From a virus (taxonomy: Duplodnaviria; Caudoviricetes), in the IMG/VR virus record IMGVR_UViG_3300037751_000192, positions 1 to 28,529 of that record: a stretch of 28,529 nt of DNA. One strand, written 5' to 3'. The translations under genes and the position numbers were made by a program. Each line of letters begins with the position of its first letter. Within the stretch, counting starts at the first letter, position 1. Positions 18,633 through 26,808 of this stretch are shown in pieces. The notes beneath the pieces were generated by a model. That model was not told where the DNA came from. It worked only from the letters and a program-made list of their open reading frames with translations, and searched no databases.

Positions 18633-20032
18633 GCCGGGACCTCCCCCTTGTTGATTATTTTGTTTTCTCTCTCTATCCCAACTGCGTTATTCATGTGTGA
18701 AACAAGCGACTCAAACATCTTGTCAGCGGCAACCATTTTTCTTTGAAGGTTGGCCATCACTTTCCTTTGTCCTTCCGTCATCACCAGATCAACGCGGACT
18801 GGTTTTTTCTGCCCAAACCTCCAACACCTCCGAACCCATTGGTAATACTGCTCATACGAATGAGACGGAAAATAGGCGATATGATTGCAGTGTTGAAAAT
18901 TAAGACCCCATGCTCCTATTTTGGGCTTTGTGATAAGGACACGGACCGACCCATCAACAAAGGCCATTATCTTTTCTTCCTTCGCCTCGTCAGAATCGCT
19001 ACCACTTATCTGGACAGCTCCTGGTATTATTTTTGATAGTGTGTCCCCTTCCAGGTTTAAATGACACCCAACAAACCCAGGATCTTCAGTATTCATCAAC
19101 TCTGCAACCTTGTAACATCGATCCTCTATTGTGCGCCTACTTTCTTCTCTTTGTTCCGGTAAGTTTCTAGCTGGTACAGAAAACAACATCCCCGGTGGTA
19201 GCGTTTCGGATTTTACGACATGTTCTGTTTCTGTTAGCCTTGGTAAAATAAAATTTTGATCATCAAAACCAACATCAGAGGGCTTTCTTATCGCCCTCGC
19301 CCACGAACAAACCCACTGCCAAAAAGGTTTTTCGGCGTGACCGCGAAAGCGCCACTTAGGAGCCTCTCCATACATCCGACGCATTGCGCTGTTGTTGCTG
19401 TCATTTTTAAAAAACCTGTTAAGCATATCCATAAAACCCAAATACCCGAGAGCTTCTGAGCTGGTACCCAACTCGAGATAATCATTCGGCGCGGCGGTTG
19501 CCGTACATAACAGCCGGTAGGGAACTTTCCGCATAAAATCAGTAATAGCCGCCCGCCTCGCTGCGTCTGCGTTTTTCAAACAGGATGATTCGTCACAAAC
19601 GACACCCGAAAAGCATTTCCAGTCAAAATGATGCAGCTTTTCATAGTTTGTCACTTGTATTTTATCAGACCTTCCACCCTCGTTCACCCTGGCGGCACAT
19701 ATACCAAACTTAGTCGCCTCTCTTATCGTCTGAGCCGATACAGCAAGTGGGGTGAGAACCAAAACCGGTTTATTTGTGTGCTCCACTACATTCTGCGCCC
19801 ATACCAAATACTGGATAGTTTTTCCTAAACCACAATCCTCAAACAATGCGGCCCGACCCTTAAAAAGAGACCAAAGAGTCATTTCTTTTTGAAAGTCTTT
19901 CATAATATCTGGCATAAAGGTTGGGCTAAATCCATGATTAGATCCCAGGTTTGTTTTTCCCTCCAAAAACCTCTTATACTCGTCCACCACTCCCCCTTTA
20001 TCACTGGTCCGCTTATTTTGCCGATATATCAC
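18623..20032 (-). CDS. SF2 (SNF2-like) helicase
   Basis: CGLGKT, DESS, TATAAPN, GLNFQ and Q..RRCWRFGQ. The true start is probably a GTG near 19987-19990. Confidence 0.88.
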   Translation of the reverse strand: MIYRQNKRTSDKGGVVDEYKRFLEGKTNLGSNHGFSPTFMPDIMKDFQKEMTLWSLFKGRAALFEDCGLGKTIQYLVWAQNVVEHTNKPVLVLTPLAVSAQTIREATKFGICAARVNEGGRSDKIQVTNYEKLHHFDWKCFSGVVCDESSCLKNADAARRAAITDFMRKVPYRLLCTATAAPNDYLELGTSSEALGYLGFMDMLNRFFKNDSNNSAMRRMYGEAPKWRFRGHAEKPFWQWVCSWARAIRKPSDVGFDDQNFILPRLTETEHVVKSETLPPGMLFSVPARNLPEQREESRRTIEDRCYKVAELMNTEDPGFVGCHLNLEGDTLSKIIPGAVQISGSDSDEAKEEKIMAFVDGSVRVLITKPKIGAWGLNFQHCNHIAYFPSHSYEQYYQWVRRCWRFGQKKPVRVDLVMTEGQRKVMANLQRKMVAADKMFESLVSHMNNAVGIERENKIINKGEVPAWL

Positions 20033-20186
20033 TATTTCGGTGTATCAACCGTGCTATCTCCCGGTCTGTGAGCTGCTGGATCTCTACAGCTGCATCCATG
20101 GATATTTTCCCCGCCAACATCCGGCGAATTATTTCAAATCGGTATTTGCCTACGGCTTGTGGTGTTTTCATGTCATCAACCATCAT
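20013..20186 (-). CDS. Small hypothetical protein (57 aa, not in the ORF track)
   Basis: Manual translation MMVDDMKTPQAVGKYRFEIIRRMLAGKISMDAAVEIQQLTDREIARLIHRNSDISAK fills the gap between neighbours. Confidence 0.45.
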   Translation of the reverse strand: MMVDDMKTPQAVGKYRFEIIRRMLAGKISMDAAVEIQQLTDREIARLIHRNSDISAK

Positions 20187-20373
20187 GCCGGGCCTGTTTC
20201 GGTTTTACCGATAAGCTGAAAAACTTACCCTTTTTGCCATCTTTCACCCAGGCTGAGAGTTCGTACTCCGTATTATTAATCAAAACATAACCGGTGTAGC
20301 CCGGCGCTTTGTCGCTGGTTGCTTTGTCGTTTTTGAATATTGCGCCGCTCTTGTCCCGTTTTTCAAAAGCCAT
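20176..20373 (-). CDS. Small phage protein, possible ssDNA-binding protein
   Basis: G.IFKN.K.....P.YTG.......Y.LSAW......KF.SLSV. GGAGG RBS. Located in the replication module. Confidence 0.55.
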   Translation of the reverse strand: MAFEKRDKSGAIFKNDKATSDKAPGYTGYVLINNTEYELSAWVKDGKKGKFFSLSVKPKQARHDG

Positions 20374-20385
20374 ACCATTTCCTCC

Positions 20386-20718
20386 TTACCCGAACATTGT
20401 CGGAAGTTTTTGGACTTCTTGTTTTATTTCCGCCAAATCACCAGCCTTTGTTGCAAGTTTTTTTGCAAACCCAGCGTTTTCAGAAACGTCTGCACTACTC
20501 CAAGGCACAGGCGGCGACTCTTCCATGTGCGCCATATAGGCCAGCGCCGTTTTTCTTTTGATAAAACTTGTAACAAGTTTTCCTGTTGGCCGGTGCGTAA
20601 CCGCATACCACGACTTTCCATCCATGTCGCATTTGTACACCCCAAAAAACTGAGTCATATGCCCGTCAACAACAAAAGAACCGTCCGGGCGCAAAATTTT
20701 AAACTCTCCTTTTCTCAT
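20386..20718 (-). CDS. Hypothetical protein
   Basis: 110 aa, 4-bp overlap with the primase-helicase gene. Confidence 0.55.
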   Translation of the reverse strand: MRKGEFKILRPDGSFVVDGHMTQFFGVYKCDMDGKSWYAVTHRPTGKLVTSFIKRKTALAYMAHMEESPPVPWSSADVSENAGFAKKLATKAGDLAEIKQEVQKLPTMFG

Positions 20719-22499
20719 CGTGGCATATACCTCTCTGGAAATGTTGTCGGGCTCGTGACATATTGCTGGCTTGCGGCTAAAAACCAGAGCCGAACCCGGG
20801 GCTCATCCTCCCCCTCTCGCTGTTTAGTGCAGAAACAAGCTCCATCCGGCTCTCCGTTCTTATCTTTCTTCCCTTCTTTCTTCGCTGCCTCTTTTGCCTT
20901 GTTCCGCCACCAAACCAGGCAATTGTCTGGTAAATCTGTTATCGACCCAGACCCCTTAACGTCCATCTTCCCGCCAGACTTGTTCTCATCTGACGACTTC
21001 CGCATGTGGGCCACAAGAATAACATGGACATCCGCATCCTTTGCAAAAGCCATGAGCTTGTTTATAAATTCCGCCTGCTTGTTGTAATCGTCCATACTGA
21101 TATTCAATTTTGAGAGATTGTCGATCACAAAAAGAGTAATCCCGTACTTCCTGCGGGCGTAATCGAATATGGATAAAATTTTCTCCGCAGATGCCACCCC
21201 GCAATAATCGTAAATCCAGAGCTTGTTCCCCAGCCACTCATGCGCTTGCCGGATCTCAATTATCGGCGGCTCTGCCTGGCAAGTGCCTTGACGTACCAAT
21301 CTTTTCAGGAGTTTTCTCGGCCTAAACTCCAAACTAGCAAGACATGCCTTTTCACCGTGCGCCATTGCCGCCAATGTTATCTGGCCCACACCCTGACTTT
21401 TACCATGTCCGTTTGTCCCGGCAAGGATTGTCACTTCACCAGGGCGAAACCTAAAATCAATCCCAGGCCACGGCATTTCAAAGCCTGTCACCCATCCTTC
21501 TGGGGGATAAAACTCTTTGATTACCTCGTCGCAATAATCCGAGCTGTTTCTTAATTCCTCAGGGTCCAGGCTCTTTGCGGCCTCAACTTTTATCCTAAAA
21601 TCAAAAACATCCATCCCTGCTTTCAACGCTTCGTTTGCGTCTTTGTGGCCCAACTCGATAACCTTGCACCGATGGCGCCCCAATCTTTCCGCAATATCGT
21701 TTGCGGCTTTCTTGCCCTCTTGGTCTGCGTCCAGACAAAGATATATCGTGTCGAACCGCTGGAGCCGATCATACTCGTTTTCTATCCAGGCATGTTTTGC
21801 TCCTTCGCCGCCACCAAAGGGAATTGAAAGGGCATCCATACCCATTTCCTTCACTGACATAGCATCAATCTCGCCCTCGGTGATGCAGACCGTTCTTGCT
21901 TTTGGGTCAACCGCCTGCCAGCCAAACAAACACGGCATCTGATTTGGCGATGTTGGTCGAATATCTTTCTTTCCGTTAACTCTTTCAAGTTTCAACCGTT
22001 TGATCATCTTCGGCTTGTCGTCATGGATGAAAGGAAAAACAATACAATCCCCACCATCCCCGATTTTAAACGCCACAATGGTATCCATCGACAATCCACG
22101 ATCTAGGAGATATTTTGTGACTGGGGTTTCATCCTTCGGAGTCCTGCATGAAATCATGGCCGGGTCGTCATAATTAGCCCGGCTGTTGGCAAAGGTCGCA
22201 TCATCCACTTGGATTTTCAGCAGCTTGCAAGCGCCCTGCATGGCCGCGGTTAATCCACACTGCTTAGCAGCCATCCAGAGGTCCAGTAGGTCCCCACCTT
22301 CTCCGCTGGCAAAATCGCACCACACCCCAGCTTTTGTCCCGGTAAGCCTGATTCCAAGCGACTGCCCTTCTTCCCCGTCGATAGAGCCTACCCGCCACTC
22401 GTGGCCGGACTGCTTTCCGTCAGGGTATAAGTACTCAGCGACAAAAGGGGCGTTCTCTGCCAGCACTTCGGCTATATGGGAAGGGGTCAATTTGCCCAC
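20715..22499 (-). CDS. Primase-helicase (Toprim + DnaB-like, T7 gp4/Twinkle type)
   Basis: ITEGEIDAMS, DAD..G and KDANE (Toprim). G..G.GKS, FVIDNL, LVAH.RK and VKGSG.I (SF4 helicase). Confidence 0.92.
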   Translation of the reverse strand: MGKLTPSHIAEVLAENAPFVAEYLYPDGKQSGHEWRVGSIDGEEGQSLGIRLTGTKAGVWCDFASGEGGDLLDLWMAAKQCGLTAAMQGACKLLKIQVDDATFANSRANYDDPAMISCRTPKDETPVTKYLLDRGLSMDTIVAFKIGDGGDCIVFPFIHDDKPKMIKRLKLERVNGKKDIRPTSPNQMPCLFGWQAVDPKARTVCITEGEIDAMSVKEMGMDALSIPFGGGEGAKHAWIENEYDRLQRFDTIYLCLDADQEGKKAANDIAERLGRHRCKVIELGHKDANEALKAGMDVFDFRIKVEAAKSLDPEELRNSSDYCDEVIKEFYPPEGWVTGFEMPWPGIDFRFRPGEVTILAGTNGHGKSQGVGQITLAAMAHGEKACLASLEFRPRKLLKRLVRQGTCQAEPPIIEIRQAHEWLGNKLWIYDYCGVASAEKILSIFDYARRKYGITLFVIDNLSKLNISMDDYNKQAEFINKLMAFAKDADVHVILVAHMRKSSDENKSGGKMDVKGSGSITDLPDNCLVWWRNKAKEAAKKEGKKDKNGEPDGACFCTKQREGEDEPRVRLWFLAASQQYVTSPTTFPERYMPR

Positions 22500-23317
22500 C
22501 CTTTCCCCGTAATAAACGAGTTCTCTTCCTCCCCCTGTGTTTCTTGAAGAAAACTATCCACATGCTTGCAATCCCGGCATATCAACTCAATGTCGTTGTA
22601 TTTGGTTTTTCTGTCGTTTTTCCCCATGTGGTGTTCCGATTTCCGGCATCCGTCAATAGCTTCTTTGAGTTGATCAACCGTGTAGTCTTTTAGCCTTGCC
22701 CGGATTTTTGATATTCTTTCTGGGCTTGCCTTTGCCTTTTCTGTGCCCATTACTTTTTGCCAGTGCCGGAAAACTTCCATCACCGAATCGTCGGGCGTGC
22801 TCGACAAGTCTTTTTTCTTTTCTTCTTTTGGAGAAGGAGAAGGAGCAGGAGCAGGAGCAGGGCTTATACGATTCGTTAACGATCGTTTAACGTCCGTTAA
22901 TAAATCGTACTCTTTTTTGGTGATTGACGTTCGTCCCTCGTTAATAAGCCTACCGTATAACTCCTTGTTAATTTTGGCTAACCGCGAGAACCTTGCCTTG
23001 TCTCCTCGGTTGTCAGCCCCAGCCGCCCAAGGATTATGTTCCGCCCATCCATGAAGGCGAAAACCATCTTCATTTTCTTCCAGCCAGCCCAAATCAACGA
23101 CCAGTTTCACAAAAAAACCGTTCTCTCCTGTCCACCTAGCAGCGATTTCAATATCTTCAGAATCCAACCCTATAAAATGCCCACACGGTTTATTTTGAGC
23201 CGCCCACAGCCATAGTATTTGAAGGCTTTTCACGGCATTAAGACCACCACGGCGTTCAAGTTTTACCGTTTTAGGATGATCCCAAAAATCAACGGCTATT
23301 CGGATGTCGGTATTCAT
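22487..23317 (-). CDS. Putative replication initiator
   Basis: N-terminal F..HPK...L / LW.WA domain, PAPAPAPSPSP linker and C-terminal VF..W...R..KI.ARL...AI.G domain. Directly upstream of the primase-helicase. Confidence 0.65.
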   Translation of the reverse strand: MNTDIRIAVDFWDHPKTVKLERRGGLNAVKSLQILWLWAAQNKPCGHFIGLDSEDIEIAARWTGENGFFVKLVVDLGWLEENEDGFRLHGWAEHNPWAAGADNRGDKARFSRLAKINKELYGRLINEGRTSITKKEYDLLTDVKRSLTNRISPAPAPAPSPSPKEEKKKDLSSTPDDSVMEVFRHWQKVMGTEKAKASPERISKIRARLKDYTVDQLKEAIDGCRKSEHHMGKNDRKTKYNDIELICRDCKHVDSFLQETQGEEENSFITGKGWAN

Positions 23318-23543
23318 TGAGCCCGGCCATTTATATAATCGTGCAAGCCATCATAAACAGCAAAAGCCCAGCCATAAGCACGCTTGAGGAGTGACACCCC
23401 GAAAGGGTAGGGCGGCAATCTGGTTTCTAAAACCATCGCAGTTATGGCCAGGCTTTTGATTTTTAGTGGGTACAAAATAAAAGGCTCCCTTTCTTTTGTG
23501 CTGTTGGGCTTCTCATTCCCAAAAGCATTAGGTGATTTTTTTT

Positions 23544-23572
23544 ATCCTATGTCGACACCCTCTAAATGTCAA
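23544..23572 (-). promoter_or_regulatory. Sigma70-type promoter for the replication operon
   Basis: Minus strand TTGACA-N17-TAGGAT. Confidence 0.6.
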
Positions 23573-23695
23573 CCGATTTTCGGTGTCAATGGGGGAAAAA
23601 CCACCGGTTAATTATTATAAAATATAACCATTGGTGGGTAGACAAAAAAAAATAAAACTCTACTCCCAGCCTAATATGGCAATCATCAACAGATT

Positions 23696-23932
23696 TTACT
23701 TTTTCATCGTCAACGACTGCAAATATTCCACTTGTTTTCGGACAACACTGTCTTTATAAAGTGCATATTGTACTATGGCTGGATACTTGAGCCACGAATG
23801 GGCATCCTGGCACACTTTATTAACATAAGCAAATGCGGGCGAGGTGTTGGTGCAATTTGGCCAATCAAGACATTGCTCTGCCGCCAGCCGATAACACGCA
23901 GCCGGTGGTTTTTTTGTTGGTAAATAGCCCAC
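23696..23932 (-). CDS. Hypothetical protein
   Basis: 78-aa ORF with no recognisable motif and a weak start. Confidence 0.3.
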   Translation of the reverse strand: MGYLPTKKPPAACYRLAAEQCLDWPNCTNTSPAFAYVNKVCQDAHSWLKYPAIVQYALYKDSVVRKQVEYLQSLTMKK

Positions 23933-24067
23933 TTTGGGGGTTGTAGCTATACAAAGACTTCAGCTTTTTCTGAGTTAATAATTGCCGCATTGCTATTCCT
24001 TTGTTTTAATCATTACCGAATATAGTCAGTCAAAAAAAGGCAAAAAAAATATTTAGGAAATTTTTCC

Positions 24068-24086
24068 CGATAATCATATGTTACCC
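24068..24086 (+). mobile_element. attI-like integron recombination site (array start)
   Basis: CGATAAT-CATAT-GTTACCC: an L-like box, 5-bp spacer and GTT core, after an A-tract region with no attC hairpin. The core is the reverse complement of the first attC start. Confidence 0.65.
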
Positions 24087-24440
24087 TGCCAGGGGAATCT
24101 TGTAATAGGCTCGGCAGGCTTCTTCAATCAGTGCCGCCCGGCTTTCTGGGCGGTTATCCATCCAGGTCAAAAGATCGGGCGGCAACAAAACAGACACGGC
24201 AACCTTTTTCTTTTCTTCCGGCAACTCCGGGCGGCCAGCGCCAGGGCGACGGCCGCCGCGCTGGGGTATGTTTTTTATGGCCCCGGCATTACCAACCACA
24301 CGGATTCCGCTGGCCAATTCGATCAAGCATCCCTTAAACAGGCCATCATCTCCGACGTATTCGCCAAGCGATTTGGCCCCTTCGGGGAGCGGTGACGCCC
24401 CCCAGTAAATGTTTTTGGCTTTTTCAGGGGTCATAATCAC
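24081..24440 (-). CDS. Cassette 1 gene B: C-terminal ribbon-helix-helix/antitoxin-like DNA-binding domain
   Basis: RGGRRPGAGRP...KVAVSVLLPPDLL.W......SRAALIEEA. Its TAA stop lies inside the GTTACCC core. Confidence 0.65.
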   Translation of the reverse strand: MIMTPEKAKNIYWGASPLPEGAKSLGEYVGDDGLFKGCLIELASGIRVVGNAGAIKNIPQRGGRRPGAGRPELPEEKKKVAVSVLLPPDLLTWMDNRPESRAALIEEACRAYYKIPLAG

Positions 24441-24640
24441 GCCCCCCTGTACATTGGGTTGCGGTGCTCTACCACCGTAGCCCCAGCAGCCTTAGCCTTA
24501 ACGAGGCCAGCTTCAAATTGTTCGGTCGGGTAAACACCAGCCTTACCGACAATCGACACCGTACCGGCGGTGTATTCGATAAAATTTTGAACTTGCCCGG
24601 TTGCCAAGGTCACTGTGATTTCGCGCTTCCAAGTTTCCAT
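24437..24640 (-). CDS. Cassette 1 gene A: hypothetical protein
   Basis: 67 aa, GAGGAG RBS, 4-bp overlap with gene B. Confidence 0.65.
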   Translation of the reverse strand: METWKREITVTLATGQVQNFIEYTAGTVSIVGKAGVYPTEQFEAGLVKAKAAGATVVEHRNPMYRGA

Positions 24641-24684
24641 TTTCTTTCTCCTCGGTTGTGGGCTTCTGCCCTTTTGTTGATTTA

Positions 24685-24713
24685 ATCATATCACTATATC
24701 AACCGAGTTACAA
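24685..24713 (-). promoter_or_regulatory. Internal promoter of cassette 1
   Basis: Minus strand TTGTAA-N17-TATGAT with an extended -10 TG. Confidence 0.6.
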
Positions 24714-24767
24714 TAGAAAAAATGATATTGGTTAATCTTTTTTTGTTCTGCAAAACCTGGCCGGCCA

Positions 24768-24856
24768 GGGTAACAAAACGGCCCAGCGGACCGGGGCAAG
24801 CGCCGCGTTGTTTCTGCCAGGTCACAGGTCCGGTCCGCTGGCCTCAATCGTTAGCC
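24768..24856 (+). mobile_element. attC site 1 (89 bp)
   Basis: GGGTAAC-AAAAC-GGC(C)CAGCGGACCGG...CCGGTCCGCTGGCC-TCAATC-GTTAGCC, with the extra C in the left arm. Confidence 0.92.
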
Positions 24857-25057
24857 TTCCCTCAATCCAAATTCGGTTGCACAATCAAAACAGTATGGTT
24901 TCCCATCCTCATCTTTGTACCCGTCCTCCTCGCAATACCCAGTCGCTTCTCCGCATTTACAGCAAATTTCTCTCGTTCCTGGATAATTATACGAGTTCCA
25001 CGCCTCATGTTCGCTTTGATCCAGCGCGTGACAATATCTACCTGGCCATGTATTCAT
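24851..25057 (-). CDS. Cassette 2 gene: small Cys-rich protein (68 aa)
   Basis: GGAGG RBS 7 nt before ATG 25057. CCKC...C and CFDC motifs. TAA stop inside the GTTAGCC core. Confidence 0.7.
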   Translation of the reverse strand: MNTWPGRYCHALDQSEHEAWNSYNYPGTREICCKCGEATGYCEEDGYKDEDGKPYCFDCATEFGLREG

Positions 25058-25074
25058 GTTCAAACCTCCAATTC

Positions 25075-25165
25075 GGCTAACAAGTCGTCAGAGCGGACGC
25101 CGAGAAGCGCCCCGGCGCTACCGCATTTTAGGTCATCGGCGGTGCCGCTCAACTCTGCGTTGTGC
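25075..25165 (+). mobile_element. attC site 2 (91 bp)
   Basis: GGCTAAC-AAGTC-GTCAGAGCGG(A)CGCCG...CGGTGCCGCTCAAC-TCTGC-GTTGTGC. Confidence 0.9.
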
Positions 25166-25169
25166 AGGC

Positions 25170-25897
25170 TCATACTCCACATTGGCACGGTGGGTATTCA
25201 ATTTCCTCCATGCCAGGCAGGGCAGTCTGCCGCTCGTTAATAATCTGACTCAACCTTTTACCGTTATTCAGCAACGTAAGGTCTTGGTTCCGTATCGTTT
25301 CCGCTCGGTGATGGTAATGTCCTCCAAGGTCTGCGCCGCGCAAAACAGCTCAGGATGCCGCCGCCGGAGTTGACGCCATTGCCCCTGGCGCTGAAACATG
25401 CAGAGGAAACAGCCGCTTTTCATCGGCAGCGGCAATCCGTGTGAGGCAATCACTCTCTTGCACTCCTCCCGGTCGATTCCTTCCTCTATCAGGGGGTATC
25501 TGTTTTCAATGCCTTTCTTGCTGTTCAGCCTTGCACGGTGGGACTCGCCAGCATCGATCCCAAGCAGCATAAAGCACGGCTTTTCAACGTGCTTAAAAAC
25601 TGGCCGGAGCTTAAATTTATCGGTGCAGTCCCGCTTCATCATGCTGGGCACCTTCTTTTTTGCGACGTAGTAATCATAGAGCTTCGCGTACCCCTCAACG
25701 TCCGGCGTCAAAACAGTCACGGGGTTGTGGCCATTATCCTTCAGCCAGGCTTGAAACATTTCAAAATACTCGTAGGTTTCAGGCCAATCCGCGCCATGAT
25801 CCACGAATATGCTTTCGAACTCTAGGCCCCAATCCAAGCACAGGAGATGCAGGGCCACTGAGTTCACGCCGCCGCCAAAAGAAAGATAGTTTTTCAT
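25170..25897 (-). CDS. Cassette 3 gene: PAPS-reductase-like (PP-loop, Fe-S) protein, probably frameshifted near the 3' end
   Basis: SFGGGVNS, CT.KFK, YPLI and KSGCFLC motifs. Start at ATG 25897. The frame stops at 25268, but the -1 frame continues to a stop at 25170. Confidence 0.75.
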
Positions 25898-25913
25898 GAC
25901 TCCACCCCCGCCT

Positions 25914-26002
25914 GCACAACCAAGCGCTTCACTGGAAGCCGGGAAGCGCTGGCATGTTTTCTGGTCGTTCATTGGCGGCTCCAGTGAGCTCAAGCGTTGG
26001 GC
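25914..26002 (+). mobile_element. attC site 3 (89 bp)
   Basis: GCACAAC-CAAGC-GCT(T)CACTGG(A)AGCCG...CGGCTCCAGTGAGC-TCAAGC-GTTGGGC, with two extra bases in the left arm. Confidence 0.93.
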
Positions 26003-26029
26003 GGCGTAGTCTGCAACCGCCCGGTAGCG

Positions 26030-26776
26030 TCAAATATATTTCACAATTGAAAACTTCCCAGTTTCTGAGGTGTATTTTACATCTAGGGATTGGGCTGATA
26101 AATTAATCTTGGTAATCCCAAACAAGCCGCACCTCCGCCTGTAATATTCGGCGGTGGGATTGGTAAAACATATACCGTTCAAGGCTTCAGGCTCAAACGG
26201 CCGCAACTCATCAAGGATTTTGTCCACCGTTACGGTCTGTAATTTTGACCCGGCAAAAGGGGCAAATTCGAGGAACCTAGGAATTGTATTTCGGTGCAGT
26301 ATGGCCTCTTTGTATATACTCTTCACCTCGTGAAGATTACGACTTGTGACAACGACGTTTATCTTTACCAGATCCACATTTTGCGCCATCCATGCGACCT
26401 TATTCCATATCTCCTCTGGAGTAATAAGGGTCTGCCCGGTGAGCACCTGAAATAACTCAGTATCCATGCTATCCAGCGACACATTTATCCTATTTAGCCC
26501 GGCATCGACCAAATCACCATAAAACCGAATGCTGGCCGTGCCATTGGTGGCCATCGACTGATGCATACCCATGAGGGAGGCAAACCTGATGTCTTTTACT
26601 AAATCAGTGCCTCGTAGTGTCGGCTCTCCGCCGGTCCAGTGGAGATGGTCCACCCCATTTTCGTGCAAGGCGGTTATATACTCTCGCAAATTTCCGCTTC
26701 GTTTCACGCCGAAATTAGAGATATCGCAGTACCCGCAAGCGAAATTACAACTCGTTGTTTTTATGCATGTTTTCAT
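26030..26776 (-). CDS. Cassette 4 gene: MoaA-like radical SAM protein
   Basis: CNFACGYC, TGGEPTLR, TNG, RINVSLDS, VKINVVV and RF.EF motifs. No C-terminal auxiliary-cluster cysteines. AGGAGG RBS. Confidence 0.8.
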   Translation of the reverse strand: MKTCIKTTSCNFACGYCDISNFGVKRSGNLREYITALHENGVDHLHWTGGEPTLRGTDLVKDIRFASLMGMHQSMATNGTASIRFYGDLVDAGLNRINVSLDSMDTELFQVLTGQTLITPEEIWNKVAWMAQNVDLVKINVVVTSRNLHEVKSIYKEAILHRNTIPRFLEFAPFAGSKLQTVTVDKILDELRPFEPEALNGICFTNPTAEYYRRRCGLFGITKINLSAQSLDVKYTSETGKFSIVKYI

Positions 26777-26808
26777 ATTGCCTCCTAATCCAAGTTCCGG
26801 GCAAAATC

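Noticed and set aside
23696-23932. Possible intI remnant next to the attI-like site
   Set aside because: No tyrosine-recombinase motifs are visible.
24722-25240. 172-aa plus-strand ORF that would give canonical cassette orientation
   Set aside because: It crosses two attC sites and cassette boundaries and has no RBS or motif. The minus-strand ORFs have RBSs and fit the cassette ends.
25268-25270. Selenocysteine/readthrough at the Cys-TGA
   Set aside because: The same frame stops again six codons later and no SECIS-like hairpin is evident. The plausible continuation is in the -1 frame.
25898-25993. N-terminal extension of the PAPS-reductase-like ORF
   Set aside because: It only reads through attC site 3. 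The family motif begins at ATG 25897.
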